Shown here piece after piece: positions 1 to 8,407 of a stretch of DNA of 15,942 nt (the stretch's first letter is position 1; every line of letters starts with the position of its first letter). A program made the translations under genes and the position numbers. The stretch is from Pseudobdellovibrionaceae bacterium (GTDB taxonomy: Bacteria > Bdellovibrionota > Bdellovibrionia > Bdellovibrionales > Bdellovibrionaceae): the NCBI GenBank assembly GCA_039810425.1, contig JBDHWW010000061.1, positions 1 to 15,942 on the forward strand. The letters are read 5' to 3'. The notes under the pieces were generated by a model, which did no database searches, was not told the DNA's origin, and worked only from the letters and a program-made list of their open reading frames with translations.

Positions 1-2
1 GG

Positions 3-68
3 GACAGCGAGTTTGGTCTGGCGATATTCGACAACGTCTCGAATGTTTGGACAACTTACCGTGAATAA
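3..68 (+). CDS. Possible 3' end of a gene truncated by the window edge (DSEFGLAIFDNVSNVWTTYRE*)
   Basis: Open frame from the window edge to TAA at 66-68, followed by an imperfect hairpin at 84-127. Too short to verify, and other frames are also open. Confidence 0.25.
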   Translation, partial: DSEFGLAIFDNVSNVWTTYRE

Positions 69-242
69 TTTCACTTCGTCTTGGAGGCTGGCCGCAACTC
101 AAAGGCTCGTTGATGAGTAGCCGCCTCTTCAGTACATTGACATAAAATAAATCACCATCCCAAAAACCTCTGTCTATACAAACGGCTTAGGGTGATTTTG
201 TCAGGCGAAGTCATCTAATAGAACCTTTTATTCAGCAAGAGC

Positions 243-272
243 AAAAAAATGCGGCTCTTCGTGGGGCCGCAT
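243..272 (-). terminator. Rho-independent terminator of the resolvase gene
   Basis: The minus strand reads ATGCGGCCC-CACGAA-GAGCCGCAT followed by a T run, starting 6 nt after the stop codon at 279. Confidence 0.8.
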
Positions 273-278
273 AAAAAG

Positions 279-1100
279 TCAATCGTAGGTTTCATAGACA
301 ATATCGCCTTGAATTTTTCTGACATTTTCACGAGCTTCGCTTTCTAATTTTTCTTGGACCTTCGCAACCATCTCATTTGAAATGTTCAAGTCTTTCATTT
401 TGTCGACAGTGCTCCCGATGCCATTTTGCTTGATCTCATCGGTGATTTTAGCCATCTTTTCTTTGTCAGCATCAGATCGTTTTTTTAACCATTCCTTTTT
501 TTGGGCGCTCACGCTACCGTGACTGCATCTAGAAATTTTTGCGATCTCTCGAAACGAGAGGCCAGCTTCTAAAAGACTTTCTATGAGCATTGAATTTCTC
601 TTTCGAGCGCGACCGATTTTAACACCTTTTGCTTTGGCATTTTTCATTCCGGCACGAACGCGTTCGCGAATAAGTTCGCGTTCGAGCTGGCTCAAACAAC
701 CAAGAATTGTGAAGAGAGCTAGTCCCATAGGGGAATCTGTGTCGATAGACTCACACAAGGAATGAAATCGGACTTTCCTTTCACGGAATTTTTCTAAAGC
801 TTTTAAAAGATGAGTCGTGCTTCGTGCAAATCTTGAGAATTGAAAAACGACAACCTGACTGCAAAGTCCGGCTTCAACTTTTTCCATCATACGATTTAAA
901 GCAGGCCTACTTTCTTTGGCACCGGAAATACCATGATCCGTGAAAGTTTCAAAGTTTTTAATTCCGTTTTTTTCACACCACTCAGTCAATGCTCTTGTCT
1001 GACTTTCGGCGCCGCCGATTTGGTCCAGGGTGCTGACCCTGATATATAAAAAAACTGCTCGCGTGTCAGATGTTTGTATAAAGTTCTGCTGTTCAACCAC
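279..1100 (-). CDS. Resolvase/invertase-type serine recombinase with HTH and a ~70-aa charged C-terminal extension
   Basis: Catalytic motif YIRVST, then DHGISGAKESRPAL, FSRFARS and ERELIRERVRAG..AKAKG..IGR, and an HTH (GLSFREIAKISRCSHGSVS). Confidence 0.93.
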   Translation of the reverse strand: MVEQQNFIQTSDTRAVFLYIRVSTLDQIGGAESQTRALTEWCEKNGIKNFETFTDHGISGAKESRPALNRMMEKVEAGLCSQVVVFQFSRFARSTTHLLKALEKFRERKVRFHSLCESIDTDSPMGLALFTILGCLSQLERELIRERVRAGMKNAKAKGVKIGRARKRNSMLIESLLEAGLSFREIAKISRCSHGSVSAQKKEWLKKRSDADKEKMAKITDEIKQNGIGSTVDKMKDLNISNEMVAKVQEKLESEARENVRKIQGDIVYETYD

Positions 1101-1288
1101 GATTTTCTCTTTGGTAAATTGATTTAATGTTCATAACGTCACCTCCTCTGTTGTGGGTTTGTGGATGCTGTGACACTTGTTGCAAAATGGAGAACGATGT
1201 TCATGTCTGGATTATTTTTTTGAATGAAGCCCCTAATTTCTCAATGGAATTTTTAAATATTCCGCATCAACTGACCATATAGAATGGG

Positions 1289-1396
1289 TGGCGAATTTAT
1301 GCCGCCACTGGCGGACTTCCGCCATCCACCTATTTTCACTAACTCATCAAATTGACTTCTAAATTTAAAAACAAGGGTGGCGGGCAATCGCCACCC
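1289..1396. promoter_or_regulatory. Three TGGCG-N6-YGCCR inverted-repeat boxes in the divergent resolvase/tra intergenic region
   Basis: TGGCG-AATTTA-TGCCG (1289-1304, imperfect), TGGCG-GACTTC-CGCCA (1309-1324) and GGGTGGCG-GGCAAT-CGCCACCC (1375-1396). Confidence 0.6.
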
Positions 1397-1562
1397 CCAT
1401 TTCGTCGGCATTTCCCAAACTCAAAATCACTTCATCATTTAATTCAACAACTTAAGTCTGTTGGCATCTCGTTTAAAAAGAGAGTGTCCAGTTTTGCTTC
1501 ATAGATACCTCGAAAGCCGCAAGAAAATGCGGTCCTTAACTCAAAACAAAGGAGGTGCATCT

Positions 1563-1769
1563 ATGAATGCAAACCAGAATAAAAACCAATCAAAGATTAA
1601 GACGGAATTTAATCCCTCTCTTATCCAACTAGAAAAAGCGAAACCTATATCGCTTTTTAAACGCATGAAGATGGCGTTCAGCCAGTCGGATTTAGACCTT
1701 CAAAGTTGGGAGCAGCTTGAATCCAAGCGTATGCGTCTGAATTCCTCTCGTGAAGAAGGGAATCACTAA
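1563..1769 (+). CDS. Small hypothetical protein (68 aa), first gene of the transfer operon
   Basis: Strong SD GGAGGTG at 1551-1557 precedes ATG 1563, so the start is moved from 1461. TAATG overlap with the next gene. Confidence 0.7.
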   Translation: MNANQNKNQSKIKTEFNPSLIQLEKAKPISLFKRMKMAFSQSDLDLQSWEQLESKRMRLNSSREEGNH

Positions 1770-2020
1770 TGTCACGCACGTTAAAAGATAAAAATCCAAA
1801 CTACCGCCGCGATGACGAACTGTTTTATCAAACTCGCAACGAGCCACAAATGAAGCGTCGTTTTTTAAATTTCAAAAAAACAGGGGCTCCGCATGACGGC
1901 GATCAGTGCCCAGAGTGTGGCGGACTTACTGATTTTCAAGGGGGTTATCTTACCTGCTGCGAATGTGGATGGACCGAAGACGTGGTTGAAATCTGCGACA
2001 TGGAAAGATTTGCCGTATGA
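1769..2020 (+). CDS. Small zinc-ribbon protein
   Basis: CPECGG...CCECGW double Cys knuckle. Stop/start overlaps on both sides (TAATG, ATGA). Confidence 0.75.
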   Translation: MSRTLKDKNPNYRRDDELFYQTRNEPQMKRRFLNFKKTGAPHDGDQCPECGGLTDFQGGYLTCCECGWTEDVVEICDMERFAV

Positions 2021-2430
2021 GTAAATCAACAGACTTTCCATTTAATAACGTCATTCCTATTCGTAAAACGGATCACTTCGGTGTTTACACAGGTGAAGTC
2101 AGTTCAAGTGGTGAAATCATTGAGGGAGAAAGTGTTGGTATCGCTTTTTTAAAAAACCGAAGTAAAAAATTTCGACTGAAACTTTTTGTATTTCCGAGCC
2201 ACAACTACTTTATCGTGCCTGATGACAATGACGCTACCAAGTACATCGTTCTAAGCCTTGAGGAGTATCAACTTCCTACGGGTGAAATGCGCTCTCACTG
2301 GAACCGCATCGGTGAAGGAAGACTTGTTGGAAGTTTCATCGCACTTCGTATGCAGCTTATTTCTGGAAAACTCTATCTCTGTCTGTTTCCAGATAAAAAC
2401 GATGCTTTGGAGGATTCCATTGCTTCTTAA
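2017..2430 (+). CDS. Hypothetical beta-rich protein with an internal duplication; possible ssDNA-binding protein (DUF736-like)
   Basis: Two similar segments: ESVGIAFLKNRSKKFRLKLFVFPSHNYFIVP and HWNRIGEGRLVGSFIALRMQLISGKLYLCLFP. ATGA-coupled to the upstream gene. The function is inference. Confidence 0.65.
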   Translation: MSKSTDFPFNNVIPIRKTDHFGVYTGEVSSSGEIIEGESVGIAFLKNRSKKFRLKLFVFPSHNYFIVPDDNDATKYIVLSLEEYQLPTGEMRSHWNRIGEGRLVGSFIALRMQLISGKLYLCLFPDKNDALEDSIAS

Positions 2431-2455
2431 CCAATTTAACAAAGGAGGTGAACTT

Positions 2456-2743
2456 ATGAATCGAAAATACAAAATAATTTTCTCCTGTATGCTAATAGCT
2501 GTAGCTTTTGCTATTCCTGAGCTTGCAAACGCAAGTGTTGAGTCTTCGCTTCTAGGAATGCAGACGAAGCTCACGCGCGTGATTCTTCCATCACTCTCTA
2601 TCTGCGCCATTGCATGGGCCGCATTTTCAATGATGTCCGGTAATGACAAGTCAAAGACCCATCTTTGGTATGCCATTATCGCAACGATTGTAGGGTTTGG
2701 CGCGGAATCCATCGTTAATTTCATTTCGCAGACGGTGCGCTAA
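2456..2743 (+). CDS. virB2: VirB2/TrbC-family conjugal pilin (95 aa)
   Basis: SD AAGGAGGTG precedes ATG 2456 (start moved from 2258). Signal peptide ending PELANA, two hydrophobic helices, C-terminal GFGAESIVNF, and position before VirB3/VirB4. Confidence 0.85.
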   Translation: MNRKYKIIFSCMLIAVAFAIPELANASVESSLLGMQTKLTRVILPSLSICAIAWAAFSMMSGNDKSKTHLWYAIIATIVGFGAESIVNFISQTVR

Positions 2744-3066
2744 TGAGTGACGATTCAATTTTGACCTCAACGGTCCCGCGCACACTTGAAACTAAAAATA
2801 AGATCTTAGGCCTTGAGCTTTCAGATGTGCTGGTTCTTTTATTAAATCTTTCAGCTCAGAACTTAATTTTTGGCTCAACAAGTTTTAAAATCCCAATGGT
2901 ATTTGGAACAAGTTTAATTTTAGGCTTGGCGCTTTTCTTTTTTAAGCGCGGAAAGCCTGATCATTATCTTCAGCATGTTTTTGAGCACTTTGTCTCTCCA
3001 ACAGTCTTTGCTGCAAACACAATTGATCGTGAATACCGAAGATTCAATAAGGGTGGTGGCAAGTGA
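2743..3066 (+). CDS. VirB3/TraL-like inner membrane protein
   Basis: 107 aa; VPRTL..K.KILGLE motif, two TM segments and KRGKPDHYLQH; lies between the pilin and VirB4. Confidence 0.78.
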   Translation: MSDDSILTSTVPRTLETKNKILGLELSDVLVLLLNLSAQNLIFGSTSFKIPMVFGTSLILGLALFFFKRGKPDHYLQHVFEHFVSPTVFAANTIDREYRRFNKGGGK

Positions 3067-5525
3067 TTGAAGCTGCACTTTGCGAACAACTTCCGTTCTG
3101 GGAATTTGAACAAGATCCGATCCCACACACAATTTTATCGGACGGCTCCGTTTCAGCGGGAATTGAGCTTTTGCCAATCGATATTGAATGTTTTGATGAA
3201 TCACGTATCAATCAACTAACCCTTCGACTTAGAGCCTTTGCGAACTCGCTTCCCGAAGGAACAACGGCGCAGTTTTTGGTTAAGGTGGAATCTGATGTCG
3301 AAGAGATTTTAAAGAAACACTGTGACCTTGTATCAACTGACAACGAATTTTTGCGCAGCCTTGATCAAAAGCGTTCCCAACGTTTGCAAGATCAGATTCA
3401 ATCCGAAACGATCTTTCGCCCAAGATTGCTCTTTTTCTTAAGAACGGGCGGCGTCCAAAAACCAAGTTCATTTTCATTCGGTCAGGCGAAGAAATTCTCT
3501 GCTGAGTTCGAAAAGAACTATGAAGATCAACTGCAAACGTTAAGTCAGGCTCTTGCGAGTGCCTCAGGCATCCTATCATCACTCGGATTTAAAGCAGATC
3601 GCCTTGAACGAGATGATCTTATTCAAATTCTTTACAGCTATTTTAACCCAAAACGCTCGCATGACATCGAACAGCCTGTGGTTTCACCACGATTAACGGA
3701 GTTAGATGGGGCTTCACCTAGGTCACAGGTTGTTTTTGGAGATTTGGTTTTAGACCGCGAAGATTTTATTTTAGACCAGCGTCGCACACGCGTTTTAACT
3801 CTTAAAACCATGCCGGAGATGACATTTGGCGGAATGATGAGTTCATTTTTAGCTTTGCCGTTTAAGTACGAGCTTATTTTTTCGTTCCGAATTCAGGATC
3901 AGGCCAAAGAAATGAAGGCGCTTGAAAGTAAACGCCGCATGGCCCACTCGCTTTCAAGCACCACAAGTAACCGCGTGTCAGACTTAGAAAGTGAATCGCG
4001 TTTGTCACAGACAACAGATCTGATTCGTGAACTGATTGAAACAGGCCAGCGCATCTATCAAGCGGAAATGGTTTTGATTCTGCGTGAGTCAGCAACACTT
4101 GATGGTGAAAAGAAATTAAACCTTAAAACAAAAGAAGTTTTATCGCGCTTTAAAACCTTAAGTGGATCTGAGGGTATTCAGGAAACCGTTGGAGCCTGGA
4201 AGATCTTTAAATCAGATTTACCGCTGGCGCCAGTCAATCTTGTCCGCGCTAAGGCAATGAAAACAAATAATCTTGTTGATTTTCTACCACTTTATGGCGC
4301 AGCGACGGGCGACGAAATTCCCGTGTGTCTTACGAAAACACGCCTTGGGACTTTGTATTCCTATGATCCGTATTCAAACAGGCTATCGAACTACAATATC
4401 CTAACTACGGGATCTAGTGGTTCAGGTAAGAGTTTTGCGAATAACTTCTTAATGCTTCAACAAATTGCTCGCGGAAGCCGCCTTTATGTCATCGACATCG
4501 GCGGCTCGTATAAGAAAATGACAGAAGTCTTGAATGGTCAGTATTTTGAAATCAACTTAAGCGGTCAATATACAATTAATCCGTTTGAGCTATCTAATCC
4601 CGCTGAACCTCCAAGTGGCGATCGCCTTAAAGGTATGGTCAGCATTATTGAGCAGATGGTCGTAGATCAAGGCGAAAAACTAAGCCGATTTGACAGAGTA
4701 CAACTCGAAACAGCTTTAACCTCAGTTTTTGAAAAGGCCCGCAGTGAAAATACGCAGCACTCACCGGTTTTATCAGATCTTGCAAAGCACTGCTTAAAAG
4801 ATCCTGAAGAATCCCTAAGACGGATAGGAAAACTTCTTTTTCCCTGGGTTGGTGAAACTCCTTACGGAAAACTACTTGATGGGCATGGGAAAATTGCCGT
4901 TGATAAGTCCATTGTCGCTTTTGATTTGAAAGGACTTTCTCAGTATCCGGATCTTCAATCCGTGATGATTCTGATTTTAACGAATTTTATCTTAGAACAA
5001 GTTGAAACAGATCGCACGGTTCCAAAGCGGGTCTTGCTTGATGAGGTTTGGGAGCTTTTAAAAAGTCCTGCTGCTAGTTCTTTCATGGAGTATGCAGCTA
5101 GAACTTTTCGTAAAACAGGAAGCGGAATTACATTTATCACCCAAGGGGTTGAGGAAATTATCGCAAGTGGCATGGGCCCTGCGATCTTAAACAACACCGC
5201 AACTAAGCTTGTGATGCTGCAAAAAGGTGACACGAATATTCTTCGTGATGCTTTAAAGCTGAACTCCCAAGAACTTCGTTTGCTTCAAAGTCTCGAGCAG
5301 CGAAAGGGCCAATTCAGTGAAGGATTTCTGATGGAAGGAGAAAGTCGTCAGGTAATTCGTATTGAGCCTTCGCCTTTAGAGTATTGGATCTCCACGTCAG
5401 ATGCCCGCGATAATCAGTTTTTAAATCGACTTCGCAATGAAGGGCATTCGTTAGAATCAGCTCTGATGAAAGCAGCAGAGGTAGCACCGTTTGGCGCCTC
5501 CTCTATGAAGGCGGTGGCTGCATGA
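3063..5525 (+). CDS. virB4: VirB4/TraC-family T4SS ATPase
   Basis: 820 aa; Walker A GSSGSGKS, VIDIGGSY, Walker B VLLDEVW, RTFRKTG..ITFITQ and ILNNT. Confidence 0.95.
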   Translation: MIEAALCEQLPFWEFEQDPIPHTILSDGSVSAGIELLPIDIECFDESRINQLTLRLRAFANSLPEGTTAQFLVKVESDVEEILKKHCDLVSTDNEFLRSLDQKRSQRLQDQIQSETIFRPRLLFFLRTGGVQKPSSFSFGQAKKFSAEFEKNYEDQLQTLSQALASASGILSSLGFKADRLERDDLIQILYSYFNPKRSHDIEQPVVSPRLTELDGASPRSQVVFGDLVLDREDFILDQRRTRVLTLKTMPEMTFGGMMSSFLALPFKYELIFSFRIQDQAKEMKALESKRRMAHSLSSTTSNRVSDLESESRLSQTTDLIRELIETGQRIYQAEMVLILRESATLDGEKKLNLKTKEVLSRFKTLSGSEGIQETVGAWKIFKSDLPLAPVNLVRAKAMKTNNLVDFLPLYGAATGDEIPVCLTKTRLGTLYSYDPYSNRLSNYNILTTGSSGSGKSFANNFLMLQQIARGSRLYVIDIGGSYKKMTEVLNGQYFEINLSGQYTINPFELSNPAEPPSGDRLKGMVSIIEQMVVDQGEKLSRFDRVQLETALTSVFEKARSENTQHSPVLSDLAKHCLKDPEESLRRIGKLLFPWVGETPYGKLLDGHGKIAVDKSIVAFDLKGLSQYPDLQSVMILILTNFILEQVETDRTVPKRVLLDEVWELLKSPAASSFMEYAARTFRKTGSGITFITQGVEEIIASGMGPAILNNTATKLVMLQKGDTNILRDALKLNSQELRLLQSLEQRKGQFSEGFLMEGESRQVIRIEPSPLEYWISTSDARDNQFLNRLRNEGHSLESALMKAAEVAPFGASSMKAVAA

Positions 5526-6223
5526 GGAATAAAATCATCGGATTTTTTCTTTGTATGACGCTGACGGTATCCCCTAGGTCCGCGAAAGCGGACCTGTTCG
5601 GAGGCGATGTCGCGGTTTTAGTACAGATTCTGGCTCAGGCCATTCAAACGGTCACAACACTTAAGGGGGTACTTGAAAATGGCAAGGACACTCTGAATTT
5701 GATGCGTGATTTGAATGCGGGCATCAGAAGCGGGATTGATGTGATTCGCATCATCAATCCAAACTTCAATCCCGGCGTCTATGGAGACTTAAAAGACGCC
5801 AATCGAGTTTTAGCTGCAATTGAAGCCGTGTACGGTGTTACTCCAAAAGGAATGGACGAAGACTTGATGCGTTCACAGGATCAAAGTGTCGCTGAAGTTA
5901 TTTCTATGAACCGAAATCTCTACGACTATGCCGATCAGGTGGACCGCGAGCGTGACAAAATCCTTTACCACGCCCAAGTAGTAAGTCCTCAAGGGGCTGG
6001 GAAACTTCAAAACCAAGCTCTCGGTGTTTTGATTGGTGTTACAACACAGCTCTTACGGACACAAAGTCAGATGCTTAAGATCATGGCGCAAAATATGGCC
6101 TATGATACGCGTAAAGAAAAACTCTCTACTCAGAATTTTCAAGAAAACTATCAAGGGCTCTCTCAAGGGTTTGAGAATCTTCCAAAGGAAACCAAACTTC
6201 CACGCCTTGGGGGTGGCAAATGA
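5522..6223 (+). CDS. Secreted VirB5/TrbJ-like helical protein
   Basis: Signal peptide (AKA|D) and Gln-rich helical body; located between VirB4 and the VirB6-like gene. Confidence 0.65.
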   Translation: MRNKIIGFFLCMTLTVSPRSAKADLFGGDVAVLVQILAQAIQTVTTLKGVLENGKDTLNLMRDLNAGIRSGIDVIRIINPNFNPGVYGDLKDANRVLAAIEAVYGVTPKGMDEDLMRSQDQSVAEVISMNRNLYDYADQVDRERDKILYHAQVVSPQGAGKLQNQALGVLIGVTTQLLRTQSQMLKIMAQNMAYDTRKEKLSTQNFQENYQGLSQGFENLPKETKLPRLGGGK

Positions 6224-7092
6224 TGCCAAACCTTGAAATGCTAGGAACACTGGTGCGTGATCTGCACCAAGGCTTGAGTCATCTATTCTATATCATGTTA
6301 CCTATAGCGATTCTGTTTTCGGTGGTTTTTAGTTTTTTAAAATCAGGCGATCCCAATTATCCAGACGTTGTAAAGCGTGCATTCGTAGCGGCTCTATTGA
6401 TTGTTTCATTTCCTGAAGTTTCAAACTTCATCTTGGATGTTTGTGACGGGATCGCTCTTAAGATTGACGATATGTCGGGGCTTGAAACGTTCATGAAGAT
6501 GGCCCAAGAAAAATCCCTCGGATATGCGGCGGCAAAAAAAGTCCTACTGCTAAAGTTCGATGGGTTTTTCATGGCGATCTTAAGCTTTGCAAGCTTCGCT
6601 CTACTCTATATAGCGAAATATCTGACAGTGATTCTGTACTATTTTTATTGGGGCCTTTTGTCTATTGCAGCCCCCTTAATGATTCTTTGTTATTTATTTC
6701 CCTCAACAGCAAACATCACGGTCAATCTGTATAAGGGACTCATTGAAGTTGCATCGTGGAAAATAATTTGGGCGATTTTATCAGCCATGCTGAAATCGGT
6801 TTCGCTTGGTTTTATTTATGAAAATGAGCAGTCGTATCTGCCACTTGTCGCAATGAATTTCATTATTGCTATTGCGCTCTTGTTCACACCAAGAATTTTA
6901 CGCTCTCTCATTGGAGAAGGTGTTCAATCAACAGCAGCGAATATTGGAAGTGCTGCGGTGTCAGGAGTTCTCACGACAGTGGCCCCTGCTGCAAAACTTG
7001 CACAAGGCGTGAAGTTTTCTCAAGCGGTGCTACCTAGATCTTGGCAAGCATCCAGTCCTAAAAACCATTCAACAACTAACAAACGATCTTAA
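6220..7092 (+). CDS. VirB6/TrbL-like polytopic membrane protein
   Basis: About 5-6 TM segments, an APLMILCYLFPST motif and a small-residue-rich C-terminal tail. Confidence 0.78.
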   Translation: MMPNLEMLGTLVRDLHQGLSHLFYIMLPIAILFSVVFSFLKSGDPNYPDVVKRAFVAALLIVSFPEVSNFILDVCDGIALKIDDMSGLETFMKMAQEKSLGYAAAKKVLLLKFDGFFMAILSFASFALLYIAKYLTVILYYFYWGLLSIAAPLMILCYLFPSTANITVNLYKGLIEVASWKIIWAILSAMLKSVSLGFIYENEQSYLPLVAMNFIIAIALLFTPRILRSLIGEGVQSTAANIGSAAVSGVLTTVAPAAKLAQGVKFSQAVLPRSWQASSPKNHSTTNKRS

Positions 7093-7112
7093 AGATCGAA
7101 GGAGGTGTATTT

Positions 7113-7703
7113 ATGAAAGATAAAATTAAAGTTCAACTTAGTCAATATCCCAAAGCCATGCGTGAGTTCGCAGAAGAAAACCTGAACATCAAGTTTCTCT
7201 GCGGAGCACTGCTTGCAATTACTTTTTTCATGCTGATTCTGGTTCTGTATTTAGTGAAGCGTGGCCCCACAGTGATTGCACTTGAAAGCAGTGGTTCAGT
7301 TGCTGCTATTGAAACCAAAGTAACCGATGCACAAATTGAATCAGCAGCTAAAGAGTATGTACGTCACCGTTACTCATGGGATGAAAAGACAATTTCTGAA
7401 GAGCTTGAAAAAGCTAAATTCTTTGTGCTGCCATCCCTTGCAGCGGCATTTGAACGCTCGATGCTGGAAACCATGAAATTTGTGCGCGAGAAGAAAGTCA
7501 GACAGCGTGTTTATCCAAAATCTGTAACTGTTGATTTGAAGGAGAAGAAAATTTCAATTCTTGCAGACCGCATTACTGAGTTTGATAATTTGAAAGCGGC
7601 CACCGCGCTTAGACTTTCGCTTCAGTTCACCGTTGATGACCGTACTATCATCAATCCTTGGGGCGTCTATATAACAAAAGAATCTGAGGAGGCTTCTCGA
7701 TGA
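7113..7703 (+). CDS. VirB8/TrbF-like bitopic protein
   Basis: Single N-terminal TM, YVRHRYSWD helix, C-terminal NPWGVYIT motif typical of VirB8, and SD GGAGGTG. Confidence 0.82.
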   Translation: MKDKIKVQLSQYPKAMREFAEENLNIKFLCGALLAITFFMLILVLYLVKRGPTVIALESSGSVAAIETKVTDAQIESAAKEYVRHRYSWDEKTISEELEKAKFFVLPSLAAAFERSMLETMKFVREKKVRQRVYPKSVTVDLKEKKISILADRITEFDNLKAATALRLSLQFTVDDRTIINPWGVYITKESEEASR

Positions 7704-8407
7704 GAACTTTCTTAGCTGTAGTTATGTTATTAAGTATGACTTCGATCAGCAGGGCTCAGGTCAGAAATTCAGTCATTAAGGAAGATGGTATTTTGACTGT
7801 GAAAACGGCTCTTGGGATTGCGACCATTGTGCAGCTTCCTGAGGTTATTCAGTCGGCCATCATTGGAGATCAATCTGGATTTAAAATTGAGTACCTCGAT
7901 AAAGCTGTTACGATCAAGCCGCTTCGCTGGGGAGCTAAAACAAATCTATACCTAGTAACGGGATCAAGACGGTTTAATCTCAGGCTTGTTACCGGCTCTC
8001 AAGACACGGCTGATTACATTGTCTATCTAAAAAAACCAGAACCGCCCAAGTCAGTAACGAAATGGCGTCTTGTTAATCGCAGCAATGCACAAAAAAATAT
8101 GAAGCTCACCGTTGTTCGTATCGGCCAAAGTCCGAGTGGGTTTATTCTAGTTGATGCGCTTTTGACTTTGACTCAGCCGCAGCGAACGACAGTAACCCCA
8201 GAGTCTATCTGGATCAGACAAGCTGGTTCTTCAAAAGTAATTAACAGTATTTTTATGTCGGATTCAAAAGTCGAAAAAGACAAACCACTTCGCTTGGGAC
8301 TTTCTCTTGCGAAATCTGACCTTATCAAAGGGAAGCCCCTTGTAATTGAGGTGCGATCTGAGCAGACGCTTTCACTCCAACTGAATGAAGGTGATTTATG
8401 GAAGTAA
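7700..8407 (+). CDS. VirB9/TrbG-like core complex protein
   Basis: Signal peptide, ATIVQLP...IIGD, VTIKP...TNLYLVT..RRFNLRL; immediately upstream of VirB10. Confidence 0.82.
   Translation: MRTFLAVVMLLSMTSISRAQVRNSVIKEDGILTVKTALGIATIVQLPEVIQSAIIGDQSGFKIEYLDKAVTIKPLRWGAKTNLYLVTGSRRFNLRLVTGSQDTADYIVYLKKPEPPKSVTKWRLVNRSNAQKNMKLTVVRIGQSPSGFILVDALLTLTQPQRTTVTPESIWIRQAGSSKVINSIFMSDSKVEKDKPLRLGLSLAKSDLIKGKPLVIEVRSEQTLSLQLNEGDLWK

Noticed and set aside
583..765. 60-aa + strand ORF
   Set aside because: Antisense shadow of the resolvase gene.
1461..1477. Confident sigma54 promoter
   Set aside because: The -24-like TTGGCA is present but the essential -12 GC is replaced by AA.
1461..1562. N-terminal extension of the 1461..1769 ORF
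   Set aside because: A strong SD sits directly before ATG 1563, and the upstream part overlaps the probable promoter and leader.
2258..2455. N-terminal extension of the pilin ORF
   Set aside because: It overlaps the 2017-2430 gene, while the SD and signal peptide begin at 2456.
7084..7098. Palindrome CGATCTT-A-AAGATCG before the virB8 SD
   Set aside because: Short, single copy and without a U-tract; could be chance.
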